DNA of 64,000 nucleotides from Squalus acanthias (GCA_030390025.1 CM059432.1:64234001-64298000), one strand, 5' to 3'. Positions 50,679-62,814 are shown, numbered from the stretch's first letter. The notes: generated from the sequence alone by a model not told the origin. A program made the numbers and translations.

Positions 50679-51637
50679 TTTTTTTTTTATTCGTTCATAG
50701 GATGTGGGCGTCGCTGGCAAGGCCAGCATTTTTTGCCCATCCCTAATTGCCCTGGAGAAGGTGGTGGTGAACCGCCTTCTTGAACCGCTACAGTCCATGT
50801 GAAGGTACTCCCACAGTGCTGTTAGGGAGGGTGTTCCAGGATTTTGACCCAGCGACGATGAAGGAACGACGATATACTTCCAAGTCTGGATGGTGTATAA
50901 CTTGGAGGGAAACTTGGAGGTGGTGGTGTTCCCATGCGCCTGCTGCCCTTGTCCTTCTAGGTGGAAGAGGTCGCGGGTTTGGGAGGTGCTGCCGAAGAAG
51001 CCTTGGCAAGTTGCTGCAGTGCATCTTGTAGATGGTACACACTGCAGCCACGGTACGCTGGTAGTAGAGGGAGTGAATGTTTAAGGGGTGGATGCGGTGC
51101 CAATCAAGCGGGCTGCTTTGTCCTGGATGGTGTCAAGCTTCTTGAGTGTTGTTGGAGCTGCACTCATCCAGGCAAGTGGAGAGTATTCCATCACACTCCT
51201 TACTTGTGCTTTGTAGATGGTGGAAGGCTTTGGGGAATCAGGAGGTGAGACATTCGCCGCAGAATACCTAGTCTCTGACCTGCTATTGTTGCCACAGTAT
51301 TTATGTGGCTGGTCCAGTTAAGCTTTTGGTCAATGTTGACCCCCAGGATATTTGTGGTGGGGATTTGGCGATGGTAATACTGTTGAATGTCAAGGAGAGG
51401 TGGTTAGACTCTCGCTTGTTGGAGATAGTCATTGCCTGGCACTTGTGTGGCGCAAATGTTACCTGCCACTTATCCAGGTCTTGTTGCATGCAGGCATGGA
51501 CTACTTCATTATCTGAGGAGTTGTGATGACACTGAACACTGTGTAGTCATAAGCGAACATCCCCATTTCTGACCTTATGCTAGGGGGAAGGTCATTGATG
51601 AAGCAGCTGAAGATGGTTGGGCCTAGGACACTGCCCA
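50679..51637 (-). mobile_element. LINE family B 3' part
   Basis: Reverse complement of ~18590-19541, with poly-T at 50679. Confidence 0.9.
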
Positions 51638-52017
51638 CATCTTACTGGACTAGTAATCCAGAGCCTGGACTAATGATCTGGAGTCATGAGTTCATAATCC
51701 CACCACGGCAGCAGACCTGAGGGGGAGCGGAGCCTGAGGATATAAAGAGCGCGGCAGAGCGAGGCCCAAGAGCGGAGGCAGCGGACCCGACAACAAAAAC
51801 AAGGAGTGACGTCACAGGAAAGCAGAGAGTTGATTGGTTGGTCAGTATTTCTCTCTTTATCTTTGGCATTGGTTTAAACTAAGAGCCTAGATTAAAAACT
51901 AAACATTCAAAAAGGGGGAGCTGATTGGTGAGTATCTGGTAAGTGTTTTTACTTGGCTTTCTTAAAGTTTTTAAGTTTATTCCAGCTAGGTTAGTAAATA
52001 GTCTGTTAATTAGAGGT

Positions 52018-52968
52018 ATGGCAGGGCAGCTCACACCCGTGGAATGCACATCCTGTGCCATGTGGGAAGTCCTGGACACCTCCATTGGTCTGGACAACCA
52101 CATGTGCGGGAAGTGTCGCCAGCTACAGCAGCTCGAGCACCGGGTTACGGAGTTTGAGCGGCGGCTGCAGTCACTGCTGTGCAGCCGCGAGGCTGAGAGC
52201 TACGTGGATAGCACGTTTTGGGAGGTGGTCACCCCACAGCTTAAGAGTGCGCAGGCAGAGAGGGAATGGGTGGCCGTCAGACAGAGGAGGAGGACCAGGC
52301 AGGTAGTGCAGGAGTGCCCTGAGCCCATCTTGCTCACCAACCATTATTCGGTGCTGAGTGCTGGTGAGGGTGATGGTTCCTCTGGGGAGTGCAGCCAGAG
52401 CCAAGTCCACAGCACCATGGAAGGTTCAGCTGCACAGACAGTGGGGAAGAGGAGAGGGAGAGCAATAGTGATAAGGGATTCAATAGTTAGGGGAGCAGAC
52501 AGGCATTTCTGCGGCCGCAGACGTGACTCCAGGATGGTATGTTGCCTCCCTGGTTCCAAGGTCAAGGATGTCACTTAACAGCTGCAAGGCATTCTGGGGA
52601 GGGAGGGTGAACAGCCAGAGGTCGTGGTCCATATCAGTACCAACGACATAGGTAGGAAGAGGGATGAGGTCCTGCAGGCAGAGTTTAGGGAGCTGGGAAA
52701 GAGGTTAAAAAACAGGACATCAAAGGTAGTAATCTCCGGATTACTACCAGTGCCACGTGCTAGTGAATACAGAAATAGGAAGATGGAGCAGATGAATGCG
52801 TGGCTGGAGAGATGGTGCAGGAGGGAGGGCTTTAGATTCTTGAGGAATTGGAACTGTTTCTGGGGGAGGTGGGACCTCTACAAGCCAGACGGGTTGCATC
52901 TCAACGGGAATGGGACCAATATCCTCGCGGGAGGGTTTGCCAGTGCTGTTGAGGAGGGTTTAAACTAG
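52018..52968 (+). pseudogene. CR1 ORF1: CxxC zinc finger, coiled coil, SGNH esterase (one in-frame stop at 52576)
   Basis: CTSC...CGKC; LQQLEHRVTEFERRL; IRDSIVRG; HISTND; DGLHLN. Confidence 0.85.
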
Positions 52969-53305
52969 CTTGGCAGGGGGATGGGAACCGAAGTATAGAG
53001 TCAATAGGGAGGGAAGAAAAACTGGAATTGGAAAACAAAAATGTAGAAAGTAAATTGGAAGGACAGAGGAATCAAGGGCTAGATAATAGTCAACAAGGAG
53101 GTTTGCCTGTACTAAATGGTATATACTTCAATGCAAGGAGTATAGTGAACAAGGCAGATGAGCAGAGGGCACAGGTAGACACTTGGGACTATGATATTAT
53201 AGCTATTACAGAGACGTGGTTGAAAGAGGGGCAGGTATGGCAGCTCAGCATTCCTGGTTACAGGATTTTCAGACAGGATAGAGAGGAAGGTAAAAAGGGA
53301 GGGGG

Positions 53306-54956
53306 TGTAGGGGGTGGTGTTTTTGTGTCAGCTTTGCCTCTGACTTCTGAGCGGTTCAAATCGCTCCCACTCCCTTGGTTTTAGACCGTGGACTTATTTG
53401 GGGATTGTGATATAAAAGGTGCAGCAGACAACTGAGTTTGATGAAAGAACTTCAATCTTTATTAAAAGGTAAAACACAAATAATAACACTCTTATCACTC
53501 TAAAGGTGGGGAACACTTTGGTACAAGCGAGGGAAATGACAGTAGAACAATACTTCACCCCTCCCAACCCCACTTTACTAGCTAAGTTAGGTTTTGAAGG
53601 ACCAGGGATAATGCTCACCAATCCTTTGACAGTTGGGCTAAATCGCGGTTTTGGGGTTCGCTGTTTATGGCGGTTAGTGTCTGCCGTACCCCGTACGCGG
53701 TAGAGGACTTCACCTGGGTCTCTGGTCAGTCTTCGCGAGTCCGCTGATGCGGTAGGATGTCGTTGTGGATTTATCTGGTGAGTACCCAATTTCTTTAGTT
53801 CAGCAGTAGGGCTTAGAGTTTTTTTAGGGAAACTCTTACCCAGGGGTAAGTCAGGAGTAGTTTGTAGTGTGGAAACTTTGCGAGTCTTCGAGTTTTCTTC
53901 CCTGGAGTTGGTCTTTGTTGGTCGCGGTGGCCTGCGATTACCCGGTCAGTTGGGGGTAATGCGCGGTTGTTGGTTTCGTGAGGCCTTTGGTTCCCGCGAT
54001 GGCTTTAGGCCTTGATTGGAGTGTCGGTCGACCTCATGGAGCCGTCGGTGACTGGTTGCTGCTTGTTGCTCCGGGTGGCTGTGTTGGGGCCGTTGTTGGA
54101 GGTCCGTCGAGGTGGTGTCTTTGCGAGCTGGACTCAGGTGTGTCTGAGTGGTGAGCGATGCCGACTCGCTTCCAGCTCAGGCCTCCTTCTTCTTGGTCTC
54201 TCCTTCCTTCTTCATCGTCTCTCTTCGTCTGGTGTGTGCTTGGTGGGCCTTCAATTATACTGAATTGAAGTGGCCTTATCTACCCGCCAAATCTGTTCCG
54301 TTCATTGTTTAGTTTTGGCGGGCTCGTAAATCGGTAACGATTTACTAGCACGTTAACTGGGTTTTAACAGGCCTTCAATCTGACCCATTGAGTATGGCCT
54401 TATCTACCCGCCAAATCTGTTCAGTTCATTGTCTGAATTTGGCGGGCCTGCTACCAGTAACTGCTCTGTAAGTGTCAAATGGGTTTTTGGGATGGTTTGC
54501 ATCCTGTCGATTTTCTTGGCTGATTGCTGGTGATGGGTTTTGTGTTTTGTGTTCCTAGGCTGCTATAGCCTAGTCCTGGGTGCTCTGTATTATGCATATT
54601 TCTTGATGGGCCCTGTAATCGGTTTGATGTGACCTATTGTTTCGGGTGGGGCTCTCTTCTCCTAGGGTCTATTGTCAAAATATTAATGCGTGCTGGGGCT
54701 TTGAGTGAGATCATCCCGGTTCCCCAGACATTGCAATTAACTGCAATACCCAAACTGCTTTTACAGAGGTCGAACCCAACTTCCTTCACAGCCTGTTCTC
54801 CCTTTACAGGCCCAGACATGTTTTTAAAATGCCAAAACTTGGTTTTTGGTCTTAAATTCCTTATGTTAGGCCCAAATGCATTTTTATCACTCTGAGGTAG
54901 TTCCAAAGTCCTTTTTCCTTAGGTTTTGGGGATCTGCAAATTTTGGAAACCTTACA
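53306..54956 (-). mobile_element. Solo LTR (1651 bp) of an LTR retroelement or ERV
   Basis: Termini tgtagg...ccttaca. Inserted in the G-run of CR1 KKGGGVA; the G count implies a 4-bp TSD. AATAAA on the minus strand at ~53458-53463. Orientation is inferred. Confidence 0.75.
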
Positions 54957-56984
54957 GGGGGGTCGCAGTATTGATTAAAGAAACTATTACAGCTGTGAGG
55001 AGGGATGATATGTTGGAGGAATCATCAAACGAGGCCATATGGGTCGAATTGAAAAACAAAAAAGGGGCGATCACACTGCTGGGAGTGTACTACAGACCCC
55101 CAAACAGTGAGTGGGAGATAGAAGAACAAATATGTAGACAAATTTCTGAGAAGTGCAAAAACTACAGTAATAGTAGGGGATTTCAACTATCCCAATATTA
55201 ACTGGGATAAAATTAGTGTGAAGGGTATAGAGGGTGTGGAATTCCTAAAATGCATCCAGGAGAACTTTTTTAGCCAGTATGTAGCAAGCCACACAAGGGA
55301 GGGGGCGGTTCTGGACTTAGTTTTAGGGAATGAAGCTGGGCAGGTAGAAGGCGCATCAGTGGGGGAGCATTTTGGTGCTAGTGACCATAATTCTGTTAGA
55401 TTTAAGGTAGTTATGGAAAAGGACAAGGATAGACCAGAAATAAAAATTCTAAATTGGGGAAAAGCAAATTTTGCTAAGCTCAGAGCAGTGGGAGGCATTC
55501 AAGGAGGAGATCCAGAGGGTTCAGGCCAAATATGTGCCCTTAAAGAAAAAAGGTGGGACTAACAAATCTAGAGCCCCCTGGATGTCTAGGGACATACAGG
55601 GTAGGATAACGAAAAAAAGGGAGGCGTATGACAGATACCGAGGGTTAAATACTCCAGAATCTTTAGAGGAGTACAGAAAGTGCAGGGGTGCAATTAAAAA
55701 GGATATTAGGAAAGCAAAGAGAGAGCATGAAAAATTCTTGGCAAGTAAAATCAAGGAAAACCCAAAGATGTTTTATAAATATATTAAAGAGTAAGAGGAT
55801 AACTAAAGAAAGGGTAGGGCCTATTAGAGATCATGAGGGTAATCTGTGTGTGGAGGTGGGAGACGTTGGTAGGGTTCTTAATGAATACTTTGTGTCTGTT
55901 TTCACAAAGGAGAGAGGCGAAGCAGATATTGCTATCAGGGGGGAGGAGTGTGACATATTAGATGAAATAAACATAGTGAAAGAGGAAGTATTAAGGGGTT
56001 TAGCAGCTTTAAAATTGGATAAATCCCCAGGCCCGGATGAAATTTATCCCAGGCTGTTAAGCGAAGCAAAAGAGGAAATAGCAGAGGCCCTGACCATCAG
56101 TTTTCAATCCTCTCTGTCTTCAGGTGTGGTGCCGGAGGACTGCTAATGTGGTACCCTTGTTTAAAAAGGGAGAAAAAGATAGACCAAGTAATTACAGGCC
56201 AGCCAGCCTAAACTCGGTGATGGGAAAATTATTGGAAAGAATTCTGAAGGACAGGATAAATCTTCATTTAGAAAGACACGGATTAATCAAGGATAGTCAG
56301 CACAGATTTGTTAAGGGAAGGTCGTGTCTGACAAACTTGATTCAATTTTTTGAGGAGGTAACAAGGAGGGTAGATAAGGGTAGTGTGTTTGATGTAGTTT
56401 ATATGGACTTTAGCAAGGCTTTTGATAAGGTTCCACATGGCAGACTGGTCACAAAGTTAAAAACCCATGGGATCCAGGGCAAAGTGTCAAGTTGGATTCA
56501 AAACTGGCTCGGAGACAGAAAGCAGAGAGTAATGGTTGATGGGTGTTTTTGTGACTGGAAGGCTGTTTCCAATGGAGTTCCGCAGGGCTCAGTACTAGGT
56601 CCCTTGCTTTTTGTGGTATATATCAATGATCTAGACTTGAATATTGGGGGTATGATTAAGAAGTTTGCAGATGATACTAAAATCGGCTGTGTGGTTGATA
56701 CTGAAGAAGGAAGCTGTAGACTGCAGGAAGATATCAATAAATTGGTCAGGTGGGCAGAACAGTGGCAAATGGAATTCAAGCTGGAGAAGTGTGAGGTAAT
56801 GCATTTGGGGAGGGCTAACAAGGAAAGGGAATACACATTAAATGGTAGGACACTGAGTAGTGTAGAGGAACAAAGGGACCTTGGAGTGCATATCCACAGA
56901 TCCTTGAAGGTAGCAGGCCAGGTAGATAAGGTGGTTAAGGCGGCATACGGAATGCTTGCCTTTATTAGCCGTGGCATAAAATAC

Positions 56985-57533
56985 GTTCTCCAAGGCAACC
57001 TTAGAAACACACGACAACGCAAAATCATCGAGCAGAAACTGATAGCCAAGTTCTGCACTCATGAAGACGGTCTCAATCGGGATCTTGGGTTTATGTCACG
57101 ATACATGACGTGATCCGGACTCGAGTCGTCGTTAGCTTGTTCACAGATGTGATTCCCAGTAAAAAAGTAAAAATTTTCCCAGTAAAAAAGTAAATTTTTT
57201 TTTAAAGCTTTTCGTTTTACATACAGACGGCAGCTTTTGACACGTTAGAACCCCTGCGACTTCACCTCATTGTCTCAGTTGTATCTTGCTATGTCTTTTG
57301 ATGTGGTACCTTCCTGGCTGACTTAATTAACTTTATCACACCTCGGCAGATAGTCAGGATGATTTAATTTATTGGTCTGCAATTGTAAAGTACACATGCT
57401 TTTTTTTCCATCTATATATGCTCTGACGATTCTGTATCCAATTTACTTCACCTGAGGAAGGAGCGATAGTTCCGAAAGCTTGTGATTTCAAATAAAACTG
57501 TTGGACTATAACCTGGTGTTGTGCGACCTCTCA
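56985..57533 (+). mobile_element. 5'-truncated Penelope-like element (GIY-YIG C-terminus + pLTR)
   Basis: 9-bp TSD ataaaatac (56976-56984, 57534-57542); VLQGNLRNTRQRKIIEQKLIAKFCTHEDGLN resembles the R..E..I......GLN end of Penelope GIY-YIG endonucleases. Confidence 0.85.
57448..57485 (+). ncRNA. Minimal hammerhead ribozyme motif
   Basis: tcac ctgagga a ggagc gata gttcc gaaa gc tt gtga (G-U pair in stem II). Confidence 0.8.
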
Positions 57534-59411
57534 ATAAAATACAAGAGCAGGGGGGGTTATGCTTCAACTGTATAAAACACTAGTTAGGCCTCAGCTGGAG
57601 TACTGCATGCAGTTCTGGTCACCACATTACAGGAAAGATGTGATTGCACTAGAGAGGGTACAGAGGAGATTTACAAGGATGTTGCCGGGAGAAATGAATC
57701 TTAGCTATGAGGAAAGACTGGATAGGCTGGGTCTGTTTTCCTTGGAACAGAGGAGGCTGAGGGGAGACCTTATTGAGGTGTATAAAATTATGAGGGGCAT
57801 AGATAAAGTGGATAGAAAGGAAATATTTCCCTTAGCAGAGGGGTCAAAAACCAGGGGGCACAGATTTAAAGTAATTGGTGGAAGGTTTAGAGGGGATTTG
57901 AGGGGAAATTTCTTCACCCAGAGGGTTGTGGGGGTCTGGAACTCACTGCCTGAAAGGGTGGTAGAGGCAGGAACCCTAACCACATTTAAAAAGTACTTGG
58001 ATGTGCACTTGGGATGCTCTAACCTGCAGAGCTACGGACCAAGAGCTGGGCAGTGGGCTTAGGCTGGATAGCTCTTTGTTGGCCGGCGCGGACACGATGG
58101 GCCGAAATGGCCTCCTTCAGTGCTGTTACGGTCTATGATCCTATGAATTTAAATTCAATTAAATAAAATCTGGAATAAAAAAGCTAGTATCAGTAATTGT
58201 GACCATGAAACTATCGGATTGTCATAAAAACTCATCTGGTTCACTAACGTCCTTTATGGATGGAAATCTGCCGTCTTTACCTGGTCTGGCCTATATGTGA
58301 CTCCAAACCCACAGCAATGTGGTTGGCTCTTATCTGCCCTCTGAAATGGCCTAGCAAGCCACTCAGTTGTATTCAAGAATGTGGCTCACCATCACCTTCT
58401 TGAGGGCAATTAGGGATGGGCAATAAATGCTGGCCTTGTCAGTGATGTCCACATCCTGTGAATTAATAAATAATATCCTCCTTTAAGATGCTCCCTTTGC
58501 TTTTGATCACCTGTCCTAACATCTCATGTGGCTTGGTGTCAAATTTTGTTTGATAACACTCCTGTGAAGTGCCTGGGGATATTTTACTAGGTTAAAGGCG
58601 CTATATAAATGCAAGTTGTTGTTATTGTTGCTGGTGACAGATCCCACTGCACAACTATGGGACAATTCAACCTCTGTATTCGACATATTGACTCCACAAT
58701 TTCTCATTTATATAATGCTTCCAGGGAACTAAAATTAAAAGAATTGAAATAAATGTTATTTTACTACCAAACTAAATGGCAGGTAACATGTCTGTGAATA
58801 TAGAGCTCTACTAGACACTTAAAAAAAAGTAATAACTCCTGTATGCACATAAAATGCTGTAGCAATATAAAAATGCTGTACGTCAAATAATATGATATGC
58901 AACATTGAAAGTTGGTATCACTACAGGGCTTGTGAATTTAATGAATGTACAATATTTACAAAGAAATGAAAACTGGTCCTGAGTTATGCAGACACTGTTT
59001 CACCCGTCACCAAATATTTGTGCCTGGTGGTGACAATGTCGTGAGAATGTGCTGTCAGGTTTTGCAAAAGAAACCAGTGCTGGTCATTATCAATTCATTT
59101 CTTCCTGACAACCATCACTATTATCTTTTTTGTTATTTTCAAGCTGCATTCTAAACTTCTAATTTGGTCTCCTGATTCATTGAAGGTAGCAGAATTCCAC
59201 TGCATTTGATTTGATTGGCAACTAAATAAAAGAGAACTGTAAAGGATTGTCTGAGACACTACTTGATCACAAGGAGTGGTTTAGACTCTTGATTGAAACC
59301 ATACTTCACCATGCAGGAGAGTTTCTGTTCTACTATATGTAGTTGAAAGAGAACACTCTTCGGGCTATGTACAAATAAACAGAAATTCCACTCTGCACTA
59401 TTATTCACATT

Positions 59412-60098
59412 GGAACAGGAGTAGGCCATTCAGCCCCTCAAGCCTGTTCTGCTGTTCAATGAGATCATGACTGATCTGTATCCTAACTCCATCCACATGC
59501 CTTGGCTCCATATCCCTTGATAGCCTTGGCTAGCAAAGATCTACTGATCTCAGATTTAAAATTATTAATTGAGCTAGCATCTACTGCTTTTTGTGGGAGA
59601 GAGTTCCACACTTCTACCACCCTTTGCCTGAAGAAGTATTTCCTAACTTCGCTCCTGAATGGCCTGGCTCTGATTTTAAGGTTATGTCCCCTTGTCCTAG
59701 ACTCCCTGACCAGCAGAAAGGTTTCTCTCTACCCTATCAATTCCTTTCAAAATCCTAAAATCCTCAATCCAATCACGCCTTAACCTTCCATATTCCAGGG
59801 AATACAAGCCTAGTTTATGTAATCTCTCCTCATAATCTAACCCTTGGAGCCCTGGTAACATTCTGGTGAATCTGTCCAAGGCCAATATATCCTTTCACAG
59901 AACTGTATACAGTACTCCAGATGTGGTCTAACCAGGGCTTTGTATAGCTGTAGCAAAACCTCCCCCTCTTTATATTCTAGCCCTCTAGTTATAAAGGCTA
60001 ACATTCCATTAGCCTTTTTGAGTATTTTTTTGTACCTGACTACATTTTAGTGATCTGTGTACATGGACCCCTAAATCTCTTTGGATCGCCACTGTTCC
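59412..60098 (-). mobile_element. Old CR1 3' fragment
   Basis: RFTRMLPGLQGLDYEERL and a reverse CR1 tail. Confidence 0.8.
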
Positions 60099-61193
60099 TT
60101 CATTTTGATTGATGTGTTTGGATAAAACTCCTCTAATTTATTCATTTAAAAAAGTAAAGGTGCTAGAATTTTAGAAAGATATTTAGGTTGCACATATGAA
60201 TAAGGGATGGGTATTGTTTGTCTCTATTACCAGTTTAAAAATCCATAATATTGAAAAGACAGAGAGAAGCTGATTGAAGGTGGACAGAGACACTTGGGGA
60301 TTTCTTTGGATTTGTGACCATTACTATAGGAAATGAAAATATTTCTGGAGTCTAAGGAATCACTTTCATCACTACTACATGTACAAGTAGGTGCACTTGT
60401 CTACAAGAGCTGCAGGAATGGAAGAACCACAAGTCTGAAGAGGGTGAGGGAAGCTTTATGTAACAGTGCATCAAGGAAGTTGGAAGATGAGATGATACTT
60501 TCCAACCTGGGAGCTAAGGGAGAATAGCAAGCCAACTTGTATCTGCTCCTTAATGACAGAAAACAGAAATAACCTGAGTTAAACACACCTGGTGCCACCA
60601 ACAAGCAAGAACAGACTGCACAGTGCTCAGGGAGCAGCTGCACCTGGCAGGGAGAGAGTCGACATCCCTCCAGCTGGAGACTATCAGGGCCAGGCGGTGG
60701 TCTGGTGCAACTTCTCTGAGGAGTTTGCTAGTTCAAGTGTGTCGTCCCGCTGTGCTTGCGGAATTCTTTCTGCGATTAGAGAACACTGGCAATATTGCTA
60801 ACTGCATGTGCTGCGCCCTTCAGCTGCACTTCAAAGCACTGTGAGCATTAGGAAGTCCAGGAATTTTTGCTGCCCGGCTACTCTTTGTCTTTGACCTGCC
60901 GACATCATCCTCCACTATTGGCAGCTGCAACAGAACATAGTGGGGGAGGGGAATCATTGAATTATATAGCACAGAAGACCACCATTTGGCTCATCATGCC
61001 TGTGCCGGCTTTTTGGCAGAGCTATCCAATTAATCTCACTCCCCCAGGTCTATCACTATAGCCCTGCAGATTGTTTCCTTTCAACTACTTGGGGCTCCCG
61101 TGCTGCAATCGGAAACTGCCTGCTCACCCCATGCCGGACTGAGCTGTGCCCCCCTCGCCTCGGAGTTAGCCACCACCCCACTAACTACCGAGA

Positions 61194-61532
61194 GGAAACG
61201 CTTCAAGGACACCCTCAAAGCCTGCTTGAAAAAGTGTAACATCCCCATCGACACCTGGGAATCTCTGGCCCAAGACCGTACAAAGTGGAGGAGAAGCATC
61301 CGGGAAGGCGCCGAACACCTCAAGTCTCTTCGCCGGGAGCAAGCGGAAGCCAAGCGCAAGCAGCGCATGTCAACCCAAGCACCCCACCCACCCGCCCCTT
61401 CAACCACCGTCTGCCCCACCTGTGACAGAGACTGTAGGTCCCGCATTGGACTCATCAGTCACCTGCGAACTCATTTTTAATGTGGAAGCAAGTCATCCTC
61501 GGTTCCGAGGGACTGCCTAAGAAGAGAAGAAG
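61194..61532 (+). mobile_element. 5'-truncated RTE LINE
   Basis: 11-bp TSD aactaccgaga (61183-61193, 61533-61543); C-terminal zinc finger; GAA tail. Confidence 0.9.
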
Positions 61533-61956
61533 AACTACCGAGAATAGTCAGTCATTCTTGGGAGTCACTTCTGCTTCCATCGGAAGAGTTCATTGCCCCC
61601 TCATTGGTTCATACAGGTGGAAGCTACTGGTCGAGGGGTGGAAAGAGGAAGAGAGGGACAAAATTACTTACTGCCTTGTGCCTCTTTGAGTTGGCCTCTT
61701 TAAGTTGGCCTGTACACTGACTGGGTGTTTGCACATCAAGGAGATACACAACAGAAAAGATACTGCAGTTTGAATTGGTGGAGGATATTAACTTCATCTG
61801 TTAGTCTGATTTAATCTGTAAATGTAATTAGAAAGAAAGAGCTGAGACAGCATGATATTGTAATGGTCAATCTGTCGGGTCTGATACAATTACACCTCAC
61901 TAAAACACTTTGAATGTGTTGAAGTGCTGCTCCAAAACAATGCCTTTGTCACTAAA

Positions 61957-62260
61957 GGACAAAAATGAGAAGTCGCACAACACCAGGTTATAGTCCAACA
62001 GTTTTATTTAAAATTACGAGCTTTCGGAACTGCTGCCCCTTCGTCAGGTAAAGGTACAGTGAGGGAATCTATTACACAGTATATATACACAGAGAGCAAT
62101 TTGTCTGCAGAGATACAATCTGTTAGGAAGGCATTACATCAAAGACACATCAGATCAGCCATGATCTTATTGAATGGCGGAGCAGGCTCGAGGGGCCGAT
62201 TGGCCTACTCCTGCTCCTATTTCTTATGTTCTTAGTACAGCTAAGACAATGAGGTGGGTC
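61957..62260 (-). mobile_element. Diverged Penelope pLTR copy, containing a CR1 tail at ~62152-62234
   Basis: Homologous to 849-1130 (gtcgcacaacaccaggttatagtccaacag). Confidence 0.75.
62014..62051 (-). ncRNA. Minimal hammerhead ribozyme motif (variant)
   Basis: Minus strand reads UUAC-CUGACGA-A-GGGGC-AGCA-GUUCC-GAAA-GC-UC-GUAA. Confidence 0.8.
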
Positions 62261-62814
62261 ACAGGGGGTCCAACGTGTCAAATGCTGCCATCTGCAGTTG
62301 AGCTTTTAACTTTTTTTTTTATAAAGGTGAATGACGTGCTATGAACAGTGCTGCGAGAGGTAACCATTTCAGGAAATCCTAATTTATGTGACGGAACCTT
62401 CACAATTTGCTGCCACTGGTGGGATGTAATTTTAGGGGATTTTACAGAACCGTTCCCTCTTGTAATGGTCTTGCTACATTTCCCGTAAGTGCACCTTATG
62501 CCCCCTACAAACAAGGGAACATAAGGTACACTTCTGGGAAATGCAGAAACCTCATACCCTCAGGACTAACACAATCGAAGAATGCTAGTGCCGCTTGCAC
62601 TTTATTTCTCTCCAGCCTACACCAGAAAGCAGCACTAATTAACAACATACCACATTTGAGCTGGACTCAGATTTTGAATTAACTAACCAGATTTATTAAC
62701 TGAAATGAAACAAGTAGAGTGCATACAGAACAACACAAGATTATGTACAATGATAGCAGTAAAATGACCAGATCTTTTAAAATTACAGTCTGCACAATGT
62801 GGGTCAGTGCCAGA

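Larger units (their letters stand above)
51713..58146 (+). mobile_element. Near full-length CR1 LINE (5' UTR, ORF1, ORF2, 3' tail) with two nested insertions
   Basis: GC-rich 5' UTR; ORF1 52018-52968; ORF2 ~52969-58062 with endonuclease and RT motifs; tail tctatgatcctatga. Confidence 0.95.
50655..58472 (+). mobile_element. tRNA-derived SINE (MetaSINE-like by recollection) in three pieces: 50655-50678, 51641-51712, 58145-58472
   Basis: A-box tggtagcatagtgg, B-box-like gagttcataatccc, central ggattgtc..ctggttcactaa..gactcc domain, and a tail shared with LINE family B. Confidence 0.65.
50555..58630 (+). mobile_element. L2 3' end (50555-50654 and 58476-58630) hosting a nested stack
   Basis: ctctggaattccttccctaaacct... 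joins ...tcctttaagatgctcc...ggcgctatataaatgcaagttgttg. Confidence 0.7.

Noticed and set aside
53394..54906. Short ORFs inside the solo LTR as viral genes
   Set aside because: No gag, pol or env motifs recognised; lengths are compatible with chance.
56498..57058. 186-aa antisense ORF
   Set aside because: Antisense shadow of the CR1 RT, a pattern seen in other CR1 copies here.
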